A program made the position numbers and the translations under genes. A stretch of DNA of 64,000 nt from Bispira polyomma (Eukaryota): NCBI GenBank assembly GCA_965649765.1, contig OZ287753.1, forward strand, positions 4,216,001 through 4,280,000. The letters run 5' to 3'. Of this stretch, positions 13,001 to 22,800 are shown one piece after another. Below the pieces are notes generated by a model. The model was not told where the DNA came from. It saw only the letters and a program-made list of their open reading frames with translations, and did no database searches. Within the stretch, counting starts at the first letter, position 1, and every line of letters starts with the position of its first letter.

Positions 13001-14233
13001 AAGGGTTTGTTTCCTTTTGTTTAAAAACATGAGGATTTGTGACCAGAGGTAAATAGGTGCAATAATCATATACCAAATTATTTTAGTTGTATTAAGTATA
13101 TTTAGTTAAACTGAACAATAATGCTTTAATCGTTCACCAAAGTTTCCAGGACTTAAGCCAATAAATCACTTAACTGTTAACTTGTAGTCAGATGATTACA
13201 CAAAAAACAAGCAATAACAACCCTCATTTCTAGAATTTCTGAATGAACCTTGCACCTATATTGTTATTTGTGTTATACTAAATAGAAATAGGTTCTCAAA
13301 TACATTTTGTTATTGACAGAGACTTTAAACTAAACTATCAAATACTGAGCAAAATAGGTGGGCCTAGTGCATCAGGTACATGTTGATACATAGTAGCTCA
13401 GATGACCAATTAAAAGGGGGTTTTGTCATTGAGTTATATCCCTACTGGCAGGCTAAAAACCTTAGGGACATTGATCAATGGTTTCTCTCAGTTAAATTCA
13501 GAATTCAATTCACAATTGGTCAGGTTACATACAAAGCTCTGAGAAATAGTCAACTACTCCTTATAAAATAAACAATAATCTTTACCCTCAACTATTACAC
13601 ACCTGTCAGGAACAACATACTGAATTGCCTACAGCTTAAGGTTCTAAGTTTGACAGAAGCATTCACAATTCTCAAAAATTTTGTCTTTTAGGTACTATAA
13701 CCCATCTGTGGACGTGTTTGTTAGCTTGACATAATAGATCCAGTTCCTCTGTTACATTCTTCAGAAAGTTCCAAATAAGTACATTAGTCTCTCTTACATT
13801 ATCCTCCAGGCATCTTTGGTTACATTTACTTTGTATTATGGACATTTATGAGTCCATTTATAATCATTTTTTCATACGATTTTTCTCTCTTGAAGATAAT
13901 ATTGTATATGTTGCTGCACCACATCAATATTTATACCTGTATGTCTTGCTTTTTTTTCAAGTTTGTATCAAGGGCACAAAGTGTTCTTTCAAATTCATCA
14001 CGTGAAACCTATTATCCATTTTGTCAAATACAGCTGTTGTTGATTTTTGCTTTCAGTTTTTGGTTGTGGTGATCCTCCCCCTCCACCACAGAATGGAAAA
14101 ATCTTTGCTTCCACAGGCACTCAGTTTCAGGACACTGTGACATATAGCTGTAACCATGGATTTGAAATTATCGGGGAAAGATCTCTTAGTTGTGATGAAG
14201 CTGGTAACTGGGGAGAACCACCTACCTGTATCA
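970..14233 (+). CDS. Multi-exon host gene (partial): extracellular protein with 9 six-Cys furin-like/CXXC repeats plus 2 Sushi/CCP domains
   Basis: Eleven exons, all AG-bounded, all phase 1-1, all lengths multiples of 3: 970-1083, 2720-2842, 4446-4556, 5248-5376, 7861-7998, 8897-9007, 9378-9491, 10834-10953, 11408-11515, 12405-12584, 14057-14233. They join into one open frame. No start or signal-peptide exon seen in the window. Confidence 0.9.
2720..2842 (+). CDS. Host exon, Cys-rich repeat 2 (CGDLVENCYVCSPNIRTNTQVSCFNCLYGYATENSGTGCT), GC donor
   Basis: ctgcag acceptor; AG|GCAAGT donor gives 123 nt, phase 1. Confidence 0.85.
3244..4053 (+). mobile_element. L2/CR1-group LINE ORF2 fragment (EN-RT linker), intronic
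   Basis: LDKHAPL, RRQYERTWRR, LADKFTSFFSDKIKKIR, KSCMLDPWPT, ITKLVNCSL motifs typical of L2-clade ORF2. Confidence 0.85.
4446..4556 (+). CDS. Host exon, Cys-rich repeat 3 (CSDHIANCTECQNQDSTIVCSGCNAGYYLKEKEFCE)
   Basis: tacag acceptor, AG|GTTTGA donor, 111 nt. Confidence 0.88.
5248..5376 (+). CDS. Host exon, Cys-rich repeat 4 (CDIKLSNCKYCQWDDG...VCTQCDEGYFFDFYHRCT)
   Basis: catttag acceptor, GTATGT donor, 129 nt. Confidence 0.9.
5770..7140 (-). mobile_element. Degenerate L2-type LINE (RT region)
   Basis: Minus-strand GVPQGSVLGPLLF (~6440-6470), MYADDTQ (~6357-6378), LKLNPDKTEFILIG, LDYCNSLL; many frameshifts; ends approximate. Confidence 0.85.
7861..7998 (+). CDS. Host exon, Cys-rich repeat 5 (CKESISNCLTCSSVDSCAVFGPVINLICHSCEKHYYLNNKKTACS)
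   Basis: cttttcag acceptor, AG|GTAACC donor, 138 nt; not in the ORF track. Confidence 0.88.
8611..8810 (+). mobile_element. tRNA-derived SINE (degenerate)
   Basis: A-box-like TGGCCTAGTAG, B-box-like GGTTCAAAT, SINE-like tail GCTGTTGAAAG..TAAAC. Confidence 0.55.
8897..9007 (+). CDS. Host exon, Cys-rich repeat 6 (DCRNISSLCINCSHGEGSKCLKCTPGAYLSSDNNCM)
   Basis: ttgcag acceptor, GTAAGT donor, 111 nt. Confidence 0.88.
9378..9491 (+). CDS. Host exon, Cys-rich repeat 7 (CAENCKECTDETEEKPQTVCVSCSKGYALHPKDNTCQ)
   Basis: tttttaag acceptor, AG|GTTAAC donor, 114 nt. Confidence 0.88.
9665..10420. mobile_element. Non-autonomous Helentron-associated (HINE-like) element with internal 146-bp tandem repeats
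   Basis: Terminal palindrome TATCCACCGATCAGGTGGATA, (GCC)n-like tract, ~2.5 copies of a 146-bp unit (starts 10052, 10198, 10344) with TGACCTTG motifs; second copy at 41701. Confidence 0.7.
10834..10953 (+). CDS. Host exon, Cys-rich repeat 8 (CKAIDNCQKCSFSANTKDNKPNFCDECSSGFHSMGSHCI)
   Basis: ttttgcag acceptor, GTATGC donor, 120 nt. Confidence 0.9.
11408..11515 (+). CDS. Host exon, Cys-rich repeat 9 (CKAVVDNCGECKEEDPKSCVACIPGYRLINDDQCQ)
   Basis: cttcag acceptor, GTATTC donor, 108 nt. Confidence 0.88.
12405..12584 (+). CDS. Host exon, Sushi/CCP domain 1
   Basis: CGIPPPQPENG...VTYDCECGYEVVGNQILTCDEDGNWGKPPDC matches the CCP consensus; tttag acceptor, AG|GTATGT donor, 180 nt. Confidence 0.93.
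12633..12845 (+). mobile_element. tRNA-derived SINE (degenerate)
   Basis: TGGTGTAGTGG A-box, GAGTTTAAATC B-box-like; shares TGACCAACTAC core with the copy at ~50873. Confidence 0.55.
14057..14233 (+). CDS. Host exon, Sushi/CCP domain 2
   Basis: CGDPPPPPQNG...VTYSCNHGFEIIGERSLSCDEAGNWGEPPTC; tttcag acceptor, GTAAGT donor, 177 nt. Confidence 0.93.
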
Positions 14234-14699
14234 GTAAGTATCAAACAATTAAGTCAAATAATTTGCCATGACACTCAAGTACTGTTAGGATTTACACAGG
14301 TGTGGCCTATTGGTTCAAAATACACATCACCAGTACATGCAAAAGAATGGTTCCATATATTGTATGCATGTCTTTGGAATGTTCACATGCATACAGTATG
14401 GAAAGCAGTTTCATTTTTTATTTTGATCGATGCCCTTTTCTGGTTCTATATCGCTGTTTTTTGTTATTGTTTTACACAGCAAACTACATTCTGAACTCAT
14501 TATGCACAAAATTCTTCTCCTCTGCCTCACCTTAGTTATCTGCTTGCCAGCAACAGTACCCCACCCAAAATACAATATGTAGGTCTTTTATACCATCCTT
14601 CGACAACATTAATACTACTTTTCTAAGTTTTCAAATCCACCTTCACCATAGCCCCAACCCTCGACCCTTGGATTACTCTACTCACTGCTCTTAGTGGCG

Positions 14700-15314
14700 C
14701 TAAACATGTCCAAAAAACCCTAAAAAGCTGTCCTTTTAATGCCCGATGCATTCATAGCAAACTGTCCTCAGTCCCATGTCTAATTCAAATCCATGACATG
14801 AACGAGGGCTGCATCGCTGAGACCTGGCTAAGCAGGGAAGATACATCATCATTCCTGTCAGAAATGCAGTTTTCGGGCTACAAGCTGTTCCACCATCTTA
14901 GGCCTGATAGGCGTGGATTCGGGCCTGATATATTTTCTAAAAAATAGCCTTTCCTGTGAAACTATCACTACCAACCCTTTCTGTCTTTTAAAAACATAAC
15001 CTGCAAACATTCAAATGGCTTTAAATGATTCCTGGTTTTGTCCCTCGTCCAAGCCCCAAGTCGTTCTTTAAAAGCATTCCAACCAGGACTTCCTTGAAAC
15101 CATCAATCTCCACCTGTCAAAAGCTATTATACTTCAACATTAGAATTGATTTTGATAACACTGCCATCAGTAGCTTTACCTTGCCTTAGATTGTGATGAA
15201 ACTGTAGTCCTCACCCTTCCAAATCTCTCCCCAGCTTTTGATGCCATTGATCATGATCTTTTGATACCCTGAAACAGTCGTTTGGACTAAATGACATACT
15301 CTTAGATTGGGTAA
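14700..15314 (+). mobile_element. L2-type LINE remnant, left half (split by Harbinger)
   Basis: Degenerate EN (IAETWL) and RT (AFDAIDH, LKQSFGLNDILLDWV) motifs; the frame resumes at ~40542. Confidence 0.75.
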
Positions 15315-15575
15315 AGCCCTAGTCACACAGCCGTACTGACCGTACAGAGCTGTTACGAGCTGGAAATCGAAGAAAAACGGCCAATCACTGGCGATTGTCT
15401 GGGATCTTTTTAAGATTTTTTTGTAGCAGTTACATATAAATTCAGCTTGTTGGGGTTGTCAACCAGTCGCCTACCACTCTGGCGATGTCCAGCAATCTGT
15501 AGAGATCGGTTGTGCGATGATCTGCGACTTCCCAATACCTCCGTGCAATTGTCGGCGTCTAGTCTAAGGTCGTCA

Positions 15576-16326
15576 TGTTACATACAAGGACATTGTTGTA
15601 TGTATGTCTAGTCAGTACTGATGTTTCTTTCAATCTGCTGGAGTGATCTATTTATGGATAGTAGCTGGTTCTATTTTGTTTCTGTTTTTATTGGAGTTGT
15701 TTTGACCTTACATTTCTTTCCGGAGTCTTCTAGTAACATACTCTAGAGCCTTCTATAGCTGTAGTATATATAAGGGTTGAAAGCCTGGCCACAGACTAGA
15801 GTTTATTGAGTTGGTGTGCTATACAAACTGCTAAACTGTGAAACACTTTATTTTTGTGTCAAATGGATATAAACTGATTATTATATACGTTTTGTGGTGA
15901 ACTTATTGGAGTGAACTGGATATAAAATTGCGGATCACCAGAGAGTGGATTTGCTAGATATTGGATATTGTTTGCATCCTGGACTGGATAGCTTGTTGTG
16001 CAGACTCTCTGGATATGTACATTTTGTGTCCGTGGACCCCGAAAAGATAACAGGATACAGGCATTGTGTGTTAGTGGACACCGAGCGGATCTCAAGACAG
16101 ATTGCTGGATACAGTGGACAAACTTGTTTAACTGTTATTAACGTGGATAGGATTGTGGTCAGGTCAGATTGAATTCATTGTTGTATTGCTGTACTATTAT
16201 ATGAACTGTTAAGAGTATCTGGGTTGACTATAATTGTTATTTTAATTGTTGAATAAATTTGTTTTTCCTGTTGCAACTTTAAAGCAACCGGTAATTGCTA
16301 CCACGCTTGCTCCAGTGACCGTAACA
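15576..16326 (+). mobile_element. Solo LTR (probably Gypsy-type)
   Basis: TGTTAC...GTAACA termini, TATATATAAG at ~15765, AATAAA at ~16252; inverted partial second copy at 41963-42340; no TSD. Confidence 0.7.
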
Positions 16327-17260
16327 CTGGGTGAGGCCCTGGATCAGCAGACGGCTGCAGTTTGTTGACTATGACAACCTTACTGTGGAGCAGGAGATAG
16401 AATCACATAGTGATTTTCTGAACTACCTGAGGATGGAACCCGCGATGTTTCGAGAGTTGCTGGACACGATGACCCCCCGCCTGACCAAGAAGGACACCAA
16501 CTGGAGGCCTGCCCTACAGCCTGGTATGAAGTGGGCTATCATGTTGAGGTATCTAGCATTGGGTAACAGCTTCCACAGCCTGAGCCATACCTTCAGAATG
16601 CCCCACAACAGCATTTCTGTATTTGTGGAAGACATGGTGTGAGTTGGTGAATCTCCCCACAACTCCAGATGCCTGGCGTGCAGTGAGTGACAGATTTGCA
16701 ACCAAATGGAACTTTCCTCAGGCTGTGGGTGCAATCAACAGGAAACACATTGCAATCAATGTTCCTAAGATCTCTGGCGACAAGGGTTTCTTTTCCATCA
16801 TCCTACTTGGTGTGGTCGATGCAGAAAATCGGTTCATCTTTGTAAACGTCAGTGGCAGCGGTTTAACATCGGATTGTTCCATCTACAACAACTGCGACCT
16901 AAAAACTACAAGGGTTTCTCTTCCATCATCCTACTTGGTGTGGTCGATGCAGAAAAACGGTTCATCTTTGTAGACGTCAGTGGCAGCGGTTTAACATCGG
17001 ATTGTTCCATCTACAACAACTTTGACCTAAAAAAAACTGGATAATGACACACTGGGTACTACCACTGGCTGAGCCACTTCCAGATGATATTCAGGACCAT
17101 GAGGGAAACGATCACCTGGCACCTGGAGAGTTGAAGCAGTCTTCGCAGAGTGCCAGAATGTTAGGGGTCCCACACAGTTTTCACTTAAGGCCAAGAGACA
17201 GAGGATATACCTAAAGCACTATTTCAATAACTTTGGTGCTGTACCATGGCAGAGAGACTG
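16327..17260 (+). pseudogene. Harbinger (HARBI1-like) DDE transposase pseudogene
   Basis: WVRPWISRR, FLNYLRMEP, LRYLALG, WNFPQAVGAINRKHIAI (catalytic D appears mutated to N), SIILLGVVDA; frameshifts, 128-bp tandem duplication (16781/16909), central deletion. Confidence 0.88.
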
Positions 17261-17442
17261 TGTTATCTTGTGCGATTTTTACATTATTTATTTGAAATCA
17301 ATCCATCATTTCAGTTTAATTGTTTATAAAATAAAAGTGCCTTTGCACAGAAGGTTATTTCAGTGTTGACATTGCGTTTCTTATAACTGGAATAATCTTG
17401 AACTAGCAAGTGAACCACAGGAAACCACAGAAGACTCGGATC

Positions 17443-17785
17443 TTGACCTTTTGTAAATTTCAAATAATATATGTTGTGGTAAACCTTAAGCATGACACTT
17501 CATAAGATTTATTATTTGAAGTTGGGATTTGTGATGACCTTAAGGGTATGAGTTTGACCTTTTCTGATTTTCAAATAATAAATGTTGTGGTAAACCTTAA
17601 GCTTGACACTTCACAGCATTTATTATTTGAAGTCGACATTTGTGATGACCTTAAGAGTATGAGCTTGACCTTGTTTGATTTCCAAATAATAAATGTTGTG
17701 GTAAACCTTAAGATTGACACTTCACAACATTTATTTTTTGAAGTCGACATTTGTCATGACCTTAAGAGTTTGAGCTTGACCTTGT
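17443..17785. repeat. 111-bp tandem repeat x3 between the converging Harbinger genes
   Basis: TTGTGGTAAACCTTAAG recurs at 17474, 17585, 17696; it accounts for the repetitive part of ORF 17548-18039. Confidence 0.9.
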
Positions 17786-17799
17786 CTGTGAGACCTTCT

Positions 17800-18271
17800 G
17801 ACTCCAGCCCAATCCAGTGGCAGAAGGACAGTCTGGGGTTGTTGGCCACAGACATTGGCACCAAATCGTTGCATTCAGAGGTGGCAAAATGGTCTCCCAG
17901 CTGTATTATGGCATCATCCACCCTCCAGCCAGTAACCTTGGTCTTGAACCCTGGGCAGCGCTGCGCTGGCTTGGGCTGGCCTGACCAGCATGGCTGGAAT
18001 CAGAAAGGTTGGGGTGCGTGGGACTTGACTCTGCCCTGACATCAAAGAAGGAGCTGTGGCCAGATTTGAGATCTCGTCATCGTCCTCCAGGTCATCTATG
18101 TTTTAACTCTCCGAACGGGACACCAGATGCGCTTCTAGGAATTTGAGTGATGATAGTGTCCACCTCTTGCTAGCAGTTGTAGCCTTGGTTGCCTGGCCCG
18201 ACTTTGTTTTCTTTTTCAGCTTTCCACATATAGAGTCCTCATTGACTTGAAGCAGGTGTTGATCCAGTCAC
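17800..18271 (-). pseudogene. Harbinger MADF/Myb-SANT ORF, exon 2
   Basis: After acceptor ttttgcatcag: DWINTCFKSMRTLY/GKLKKKTKSGQA...WTLSSLKFLEAHL, the second half of a MADF-like domain. Confidence 0.7.
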
Positions 18272-21045
18272 CTGATGCAAAAGTACAAGTACAGCTGTTA
18301 AGTTTTGTTTTTTATATAAGTAACATTAAGCAACTTTGGGACGGCGAATGCTTTATTACAGGTTCAAAAACAAATGCACGTGGCGTAGCAATTCTTTTGA
18401 AAAATAATTTTGAATACAATATATTGTTATGTAAGAAGGACACAAATGGAAACTGTATATGTCTAACATTGAAAATAAGTACTATGACAATAAATTTAGT
18501 ATCAATTTATGCACCAAACAAGGACAATCCCAATTTTTTCACAAATATACAAGATATTTTGCAGAGCAACGATGCCGATTACCACATAATATGTAGAGAT
18601 TTTAACTTGGTAATGAATCCCACAAAGGAGACCAATAACTATAAACATATCAATAACCCTAGATGAAGAATGTCTGTGTTAAATATGCTAAATACATTAG
18701 ATTTGGTTGATATTTATAGACAATTGCATCCTGAAACCTGTCGGTATACCCGGAGAAAAAAAAATCCTATGAAACAAGCTAGACTTGATTATTTTTTGGT
18801 GTCAAATATCATGGCCGATATTGTAGACAAATGTGACATTAAGCCTGGATATAGATCAGACCACTCAGTTATACAGTTAGAAATAGTAATAAATAAATTT
18901 GAAAGGGGTAAAGGAATTTGGAAACTGAACAACAGCCTCTTGAAAAATCCAAATTATCTAGATAATAAACAAGGTCATAAATATAGAAATCCCTAAATAT
19001 GCAGTACCTGTATATGACCCGTCTTATTTGGAAAATACAAACAATAACATTTCACTAACAGTTGATCAGGACATGTTCCTGGAACTATTACTTCTGAGAA
19101 TAAGGGGAGAGACTGTAAAATTTGGCACTAGTTTGAAAAGAAAAAATCATAATAAAGAACAAGAATTGTTGAAGGACATAGAGTACCTGGAAATACATTC
19201 AAACACTCAATTTCCCAATTTGGAACTATTAAATGACAAAAAGATGGAATTAGAGGCCCTAAGAGGGCTTAAACTTAAAGGTCAACAAGTACGATCCAGA
19301 TTACAATGGCTCAGTGAAGGAGAAAAGCCCTCAAAATATTTTTGTAATCTAGAAAACAAAGGTTATGTTGAAAAAACCTTTAAAAAAATCAAACTAGAAA
19401 ATGGAGGTGTAGTATATGATCAAAAAGAATTGTTACAGCAAGCTAGAATGTACTATGTAAATTTATTTAAAAATAGAGACATTCAATTAAACAGTGTGAT
19501 CCTTGAAGACATTCCTAAAGTTGCAGAAATTGAGAAAGTTGATGATGACAGTTTGGGAGATGTCATCAAAGTTCATGAGCTAAGTTATGTCTTAAAAAAT
19601 GAAACCAAATAAAACTCCGGGTATAGATGGTTTTACGTCAGAATTTTTAAAAGTATTTTGGGGAAAGCTGAAGTATTTTATTGTTGATGCAATTAACTCC
19701 TGTTTAAAAAAGGTACTTTGTCTACAACCCTTCGTCAGTGTATTATAGTCTGTTTACCCAAAGGGAATAAGGATAGAAGTTTAATCAAAAACTGGAGACC
19801 TATCTCACTGTTATCTGTGATATATAGGCTTGCTTCGGGTGCAATAGCCGAGAGACTGAGGAAAACATTAGATAATATTATACAAACACACAGACGGGAT
19901 TCCTATCAGGTAGATTTATAAGTGATAACACCAGATTAATATATGATCTGATACATATTCCAGAAACTAAGAATATACCTGGACTATTGATGCTGATCGA
20001 TTTTGAAAAAGCTTTTGACTCTATTTCTTGGAAATTTTTATATAATTTTCTTCTTTTTTTTGGATTCAGTAGAACCTTTATTAATTGGATAAAATTATTT
20101 GATATAAACATCAAAGCTTCTATTCTTCAGTGTGGTTTTTTATCTGAAGAAATTCCAATCGAAAGAGGTCGTAGACAAGGTGACCCCATTTCTTCATATT
20201 TAGTTCTTGTAGGAGCTGAGATACTGTCATTAGTGGTAAAATTAAATCCAGATTTTGTAGGTTTTAAATTTAAGGAAAAAGAAATAAAGCTAACACAGTT
20301 TGCAGATGACACTACCTTAATTCTAGATGGATCCAAGCACTCTCTGGAAACAGCCTTAAATATTTTGGAGATATTTGGTAATTTTTCAGGTCTAAAAATG
20401 AATATGGAAAAAACAAAAGTTATATATATAGGTCGGAAACACTTCTCAAAAGTTAATCGAATCTCCAAAGCTTGATTGGGGCCAATCAGAATTTTCACTA
20501 CTAGGAATTGAATTCTCTACTGATCTAAATGCCATGCTAAATAAGAACTATTTGGTTGCCCTTGAGAAAATCAAAACGGATATTAAAAAATGGAAAAATA
20601 GATTCTTGACCCCTTTGGGCAAAATAACATTGATAAAAACAAAATTGTTATCAAAACTCATTCACCTTCTCACAGCTTTACCAACACCAAAGTGTTTCCT
20701 AAAATAAAGAAATGATGTAATGTATAAATTCCTATGGAGTGAAAAACCTGATAAAGTTAAAAGAAATACAATATGTGCTAATTACTTCGAAGGGGGTCTA
20801 AAAATGATAAATGTCTACCACTTTGAAAAGTCATTAAAAATAACTTGGCTGCGAAAAATATTGTTCCAAAAAGAATCTTTATGGAGTACTATACTGACTG
20901 AAGTATATGGTAATTTTAAAAAATTAGCAACACTAGGTGGCGATTGGTGTACCACAGTATCTAAAATTGGAACCAATGCTTTCTGGGCCCAAGTATTTTG
21001 ACACTGGGCATATTTATGTCAAATAAAAGCTGTTTCTTCAAATAC

Positions 21046-21262
21046 GGGGGCTAGAGCGTTGGCAGCACTAGATGTCAGTCCTGGGAGTGACACTGAATGA
21101 ACCAACCCCTCATTTCCCCTCTGGGGTCTTTATAAGTTAATGACTAATGTTCTCTTTTCAGGGGCTTATGCATGCCAACACCGGCTGCTGGCTATAAAAA
21201 CCCCTGTTTTCTGGTGTAAAATTATCAAAATTCATTTGCCACACAAAGTGCTGTTCAAAATT
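21046..21262 (+). repeat. Split direct repeat A1 (217 bp, matches 26641-26857), contains TATAAAA at 21194
   Basis: Direct sequence match. Confidence 0.95.
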
Positions 21263-21492
21263 GTGTCATCCAATTTTGGGGCCCTACTTCTGCTACTTCT
21301 CCAGCACATTGGCAAATGTCAAAACAACTTAACAAGATTGCAAATGGATTTTAAATTATTTTAGTCTTTTAATTATCTCATATCATTTACTTGTAAATAT
21401 TTTCATATGTAAATTCACTTGTTGGAGGTTTGGTGGCAGAAAGAGGATCCCTATGTGTTATTGTGTTTATAAGCTGTGATAAGTTATTTAAA

Positions 21493-22800
21493 ATGGCCAC
21501 GGCCTACTGTCGGAAATGTGGAATACATCACACTCGACCTGTAGGAAAAAACTGTACACGGGATATTCCTGACTTAAGTTGTCCCTCCACTCCACCAGGT
21601 GTTAGAGGACGACCTCGCAAGCGAGCTGAATACACAGAAGCGGAGGTAGTTTCGGATACTTCCCCTCGAGTCTCTCAAGGTGACTCCAATAAGCTTGATT
21701 TTATTATCAGTAAGCTCCAGAGTCTAGAAGAACGTGTCAATGAAGTACAGAGGGACCATAGGACCAAGAATGTCACTTTTCCAGACACTGGGCGTCACCC
21801 CAGACGTCCGTCTCCCGAGAGAGCCGGTTATGTGCCTGACAGGAGCAGCAGGGCCTCACAAAGCTCGCCTACCCGGGCAGGATATCATCCTGAGAGTTCT
21901 GAGGGCAATGAAGGCCCGATGGCTGACAAGGATTGGGAACGCCTGATGGATGATATCGATTCTGATCGCCGAGGGGGCCTGCCTGTTTCGACCAGAAGAT
22001 CCCGAGCTGCTGCCGCTGAGAGAGGACGACGGGAAGATGACAGAGGTGCTGATGCGGGACTATATGATCATTTGGACTCTGAGGATTACTTATTACCTAG
22101 CCAGCAATATTTACGCACGAGCGACTATATACAACGTCAAGTTGACGCGCGCCTTCAACGTCACAAAAATAGGCTGGCCTCCTCACCTGAGGAATTAGGT
22201 AAGAAGTTAAAGTCAGGGTTGCACCGTACTGGTGAACATACTATTAAAAAACATATTAACTGGCTCCATGAGCACTGTTATGTGAATTCGAGTCGGAAAT
22301 ATCCTGCTTATGAAGAACTGACTCCACTCATGTGGTTTCAGGGATTCTTGCAGTGCATGATCGAAGAGCCGGAAAATATTATTAAAGACCACATGATGCA
22401 GTATGGGGTACAATTAATGAGAGATGCCATGGAGACTTCCTGGTATACAGCGAAAAGTGCCCACTGCGTATTACTTTTGGAAATGGAAAAAGGTAAAGTT
22501 GATTGGCAAGATTTAAAAGCCGTGCATGACATTAGGGCTCGTCTCACCCAAAGAACCATAAAAGAAAGTGGTCGTGATTCAGCCCCCACTGTTTCAAAAA
22601 ATAAAGGCAAAATTGTTCCTTGTACCGCTTACAACAAAGGTACTTGCACCCAAACAGGTGACCACACTTTTGCGGGTATGACTTTAAAGCACGGTTGTTC
22701 AAAATGTTTTATATCAACAAAGAAATTCAGTGCTCATAGGGAAATAAATTGTAAGGGTCCGGAAAACGGGAAAGGCCTCCAGGCAGCCCCAAAAGTGTAA
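21493..22800 (+). CDS. Gag-like ORF1 of YR retrotransposon (435 aa)
   Basis: First ATG at 21493 in AAAATGG context; N-terminal CRKCGIHH...C and C-terminal CTAYNKGTC..H..HGCSKC...H..C Zn-binding-like motifs. Confidence 0.85.
   Translation: MATAYCRKCGIHHTRPVGKNCTRDIPDLSCPSTPPGVRGRPRKRAEYTEAEVVSDTSPRVSQGDSNKLDFIISKLQSLEERVNEVQRDHRTKNVTFPDTGRHPRRPSPERAGYVPDRSSRASQSSPTRAGYHPESSEGNEGPMADKDWERLMDDIDSDRRGGLPVSTRRSRAAAAERGRREDDRGADAGLYDHLDSEDYLLPSQQYLRTSDYIQRQVDARLQRHKNRLASSPEELGKKLKSGLHRTGEHTIKKHINWLHEHCYVNSSRKYPAYEELTPLMWFQGFLQCMIEEPENIIKDHMMQYGVQLMRDAMETSWYTAKSAHCVLLLEMEKGKVDWQDLKAVHDIRARLTQRTIKESGRDSAPTVSKNKGKIVPCTAYNKGTCTQTGDHTFAGMTLKHGCSKCFISTKKFSAHREINCKGPENGKGLQAAPKV

Noticed and set aside
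17548-18039. 163-aa ORF with internal repeats
   Set aside because: Produced by the 111-bp (multiple of 3) tandem repeat plus the antisense of the Harbinger ORF; no evidence of a real gene.
21734-22610. Short alternative-frame and antisense ORFs inside gag
   Set aside because: Expected by chance in the GC-richer gag region; no motifs.
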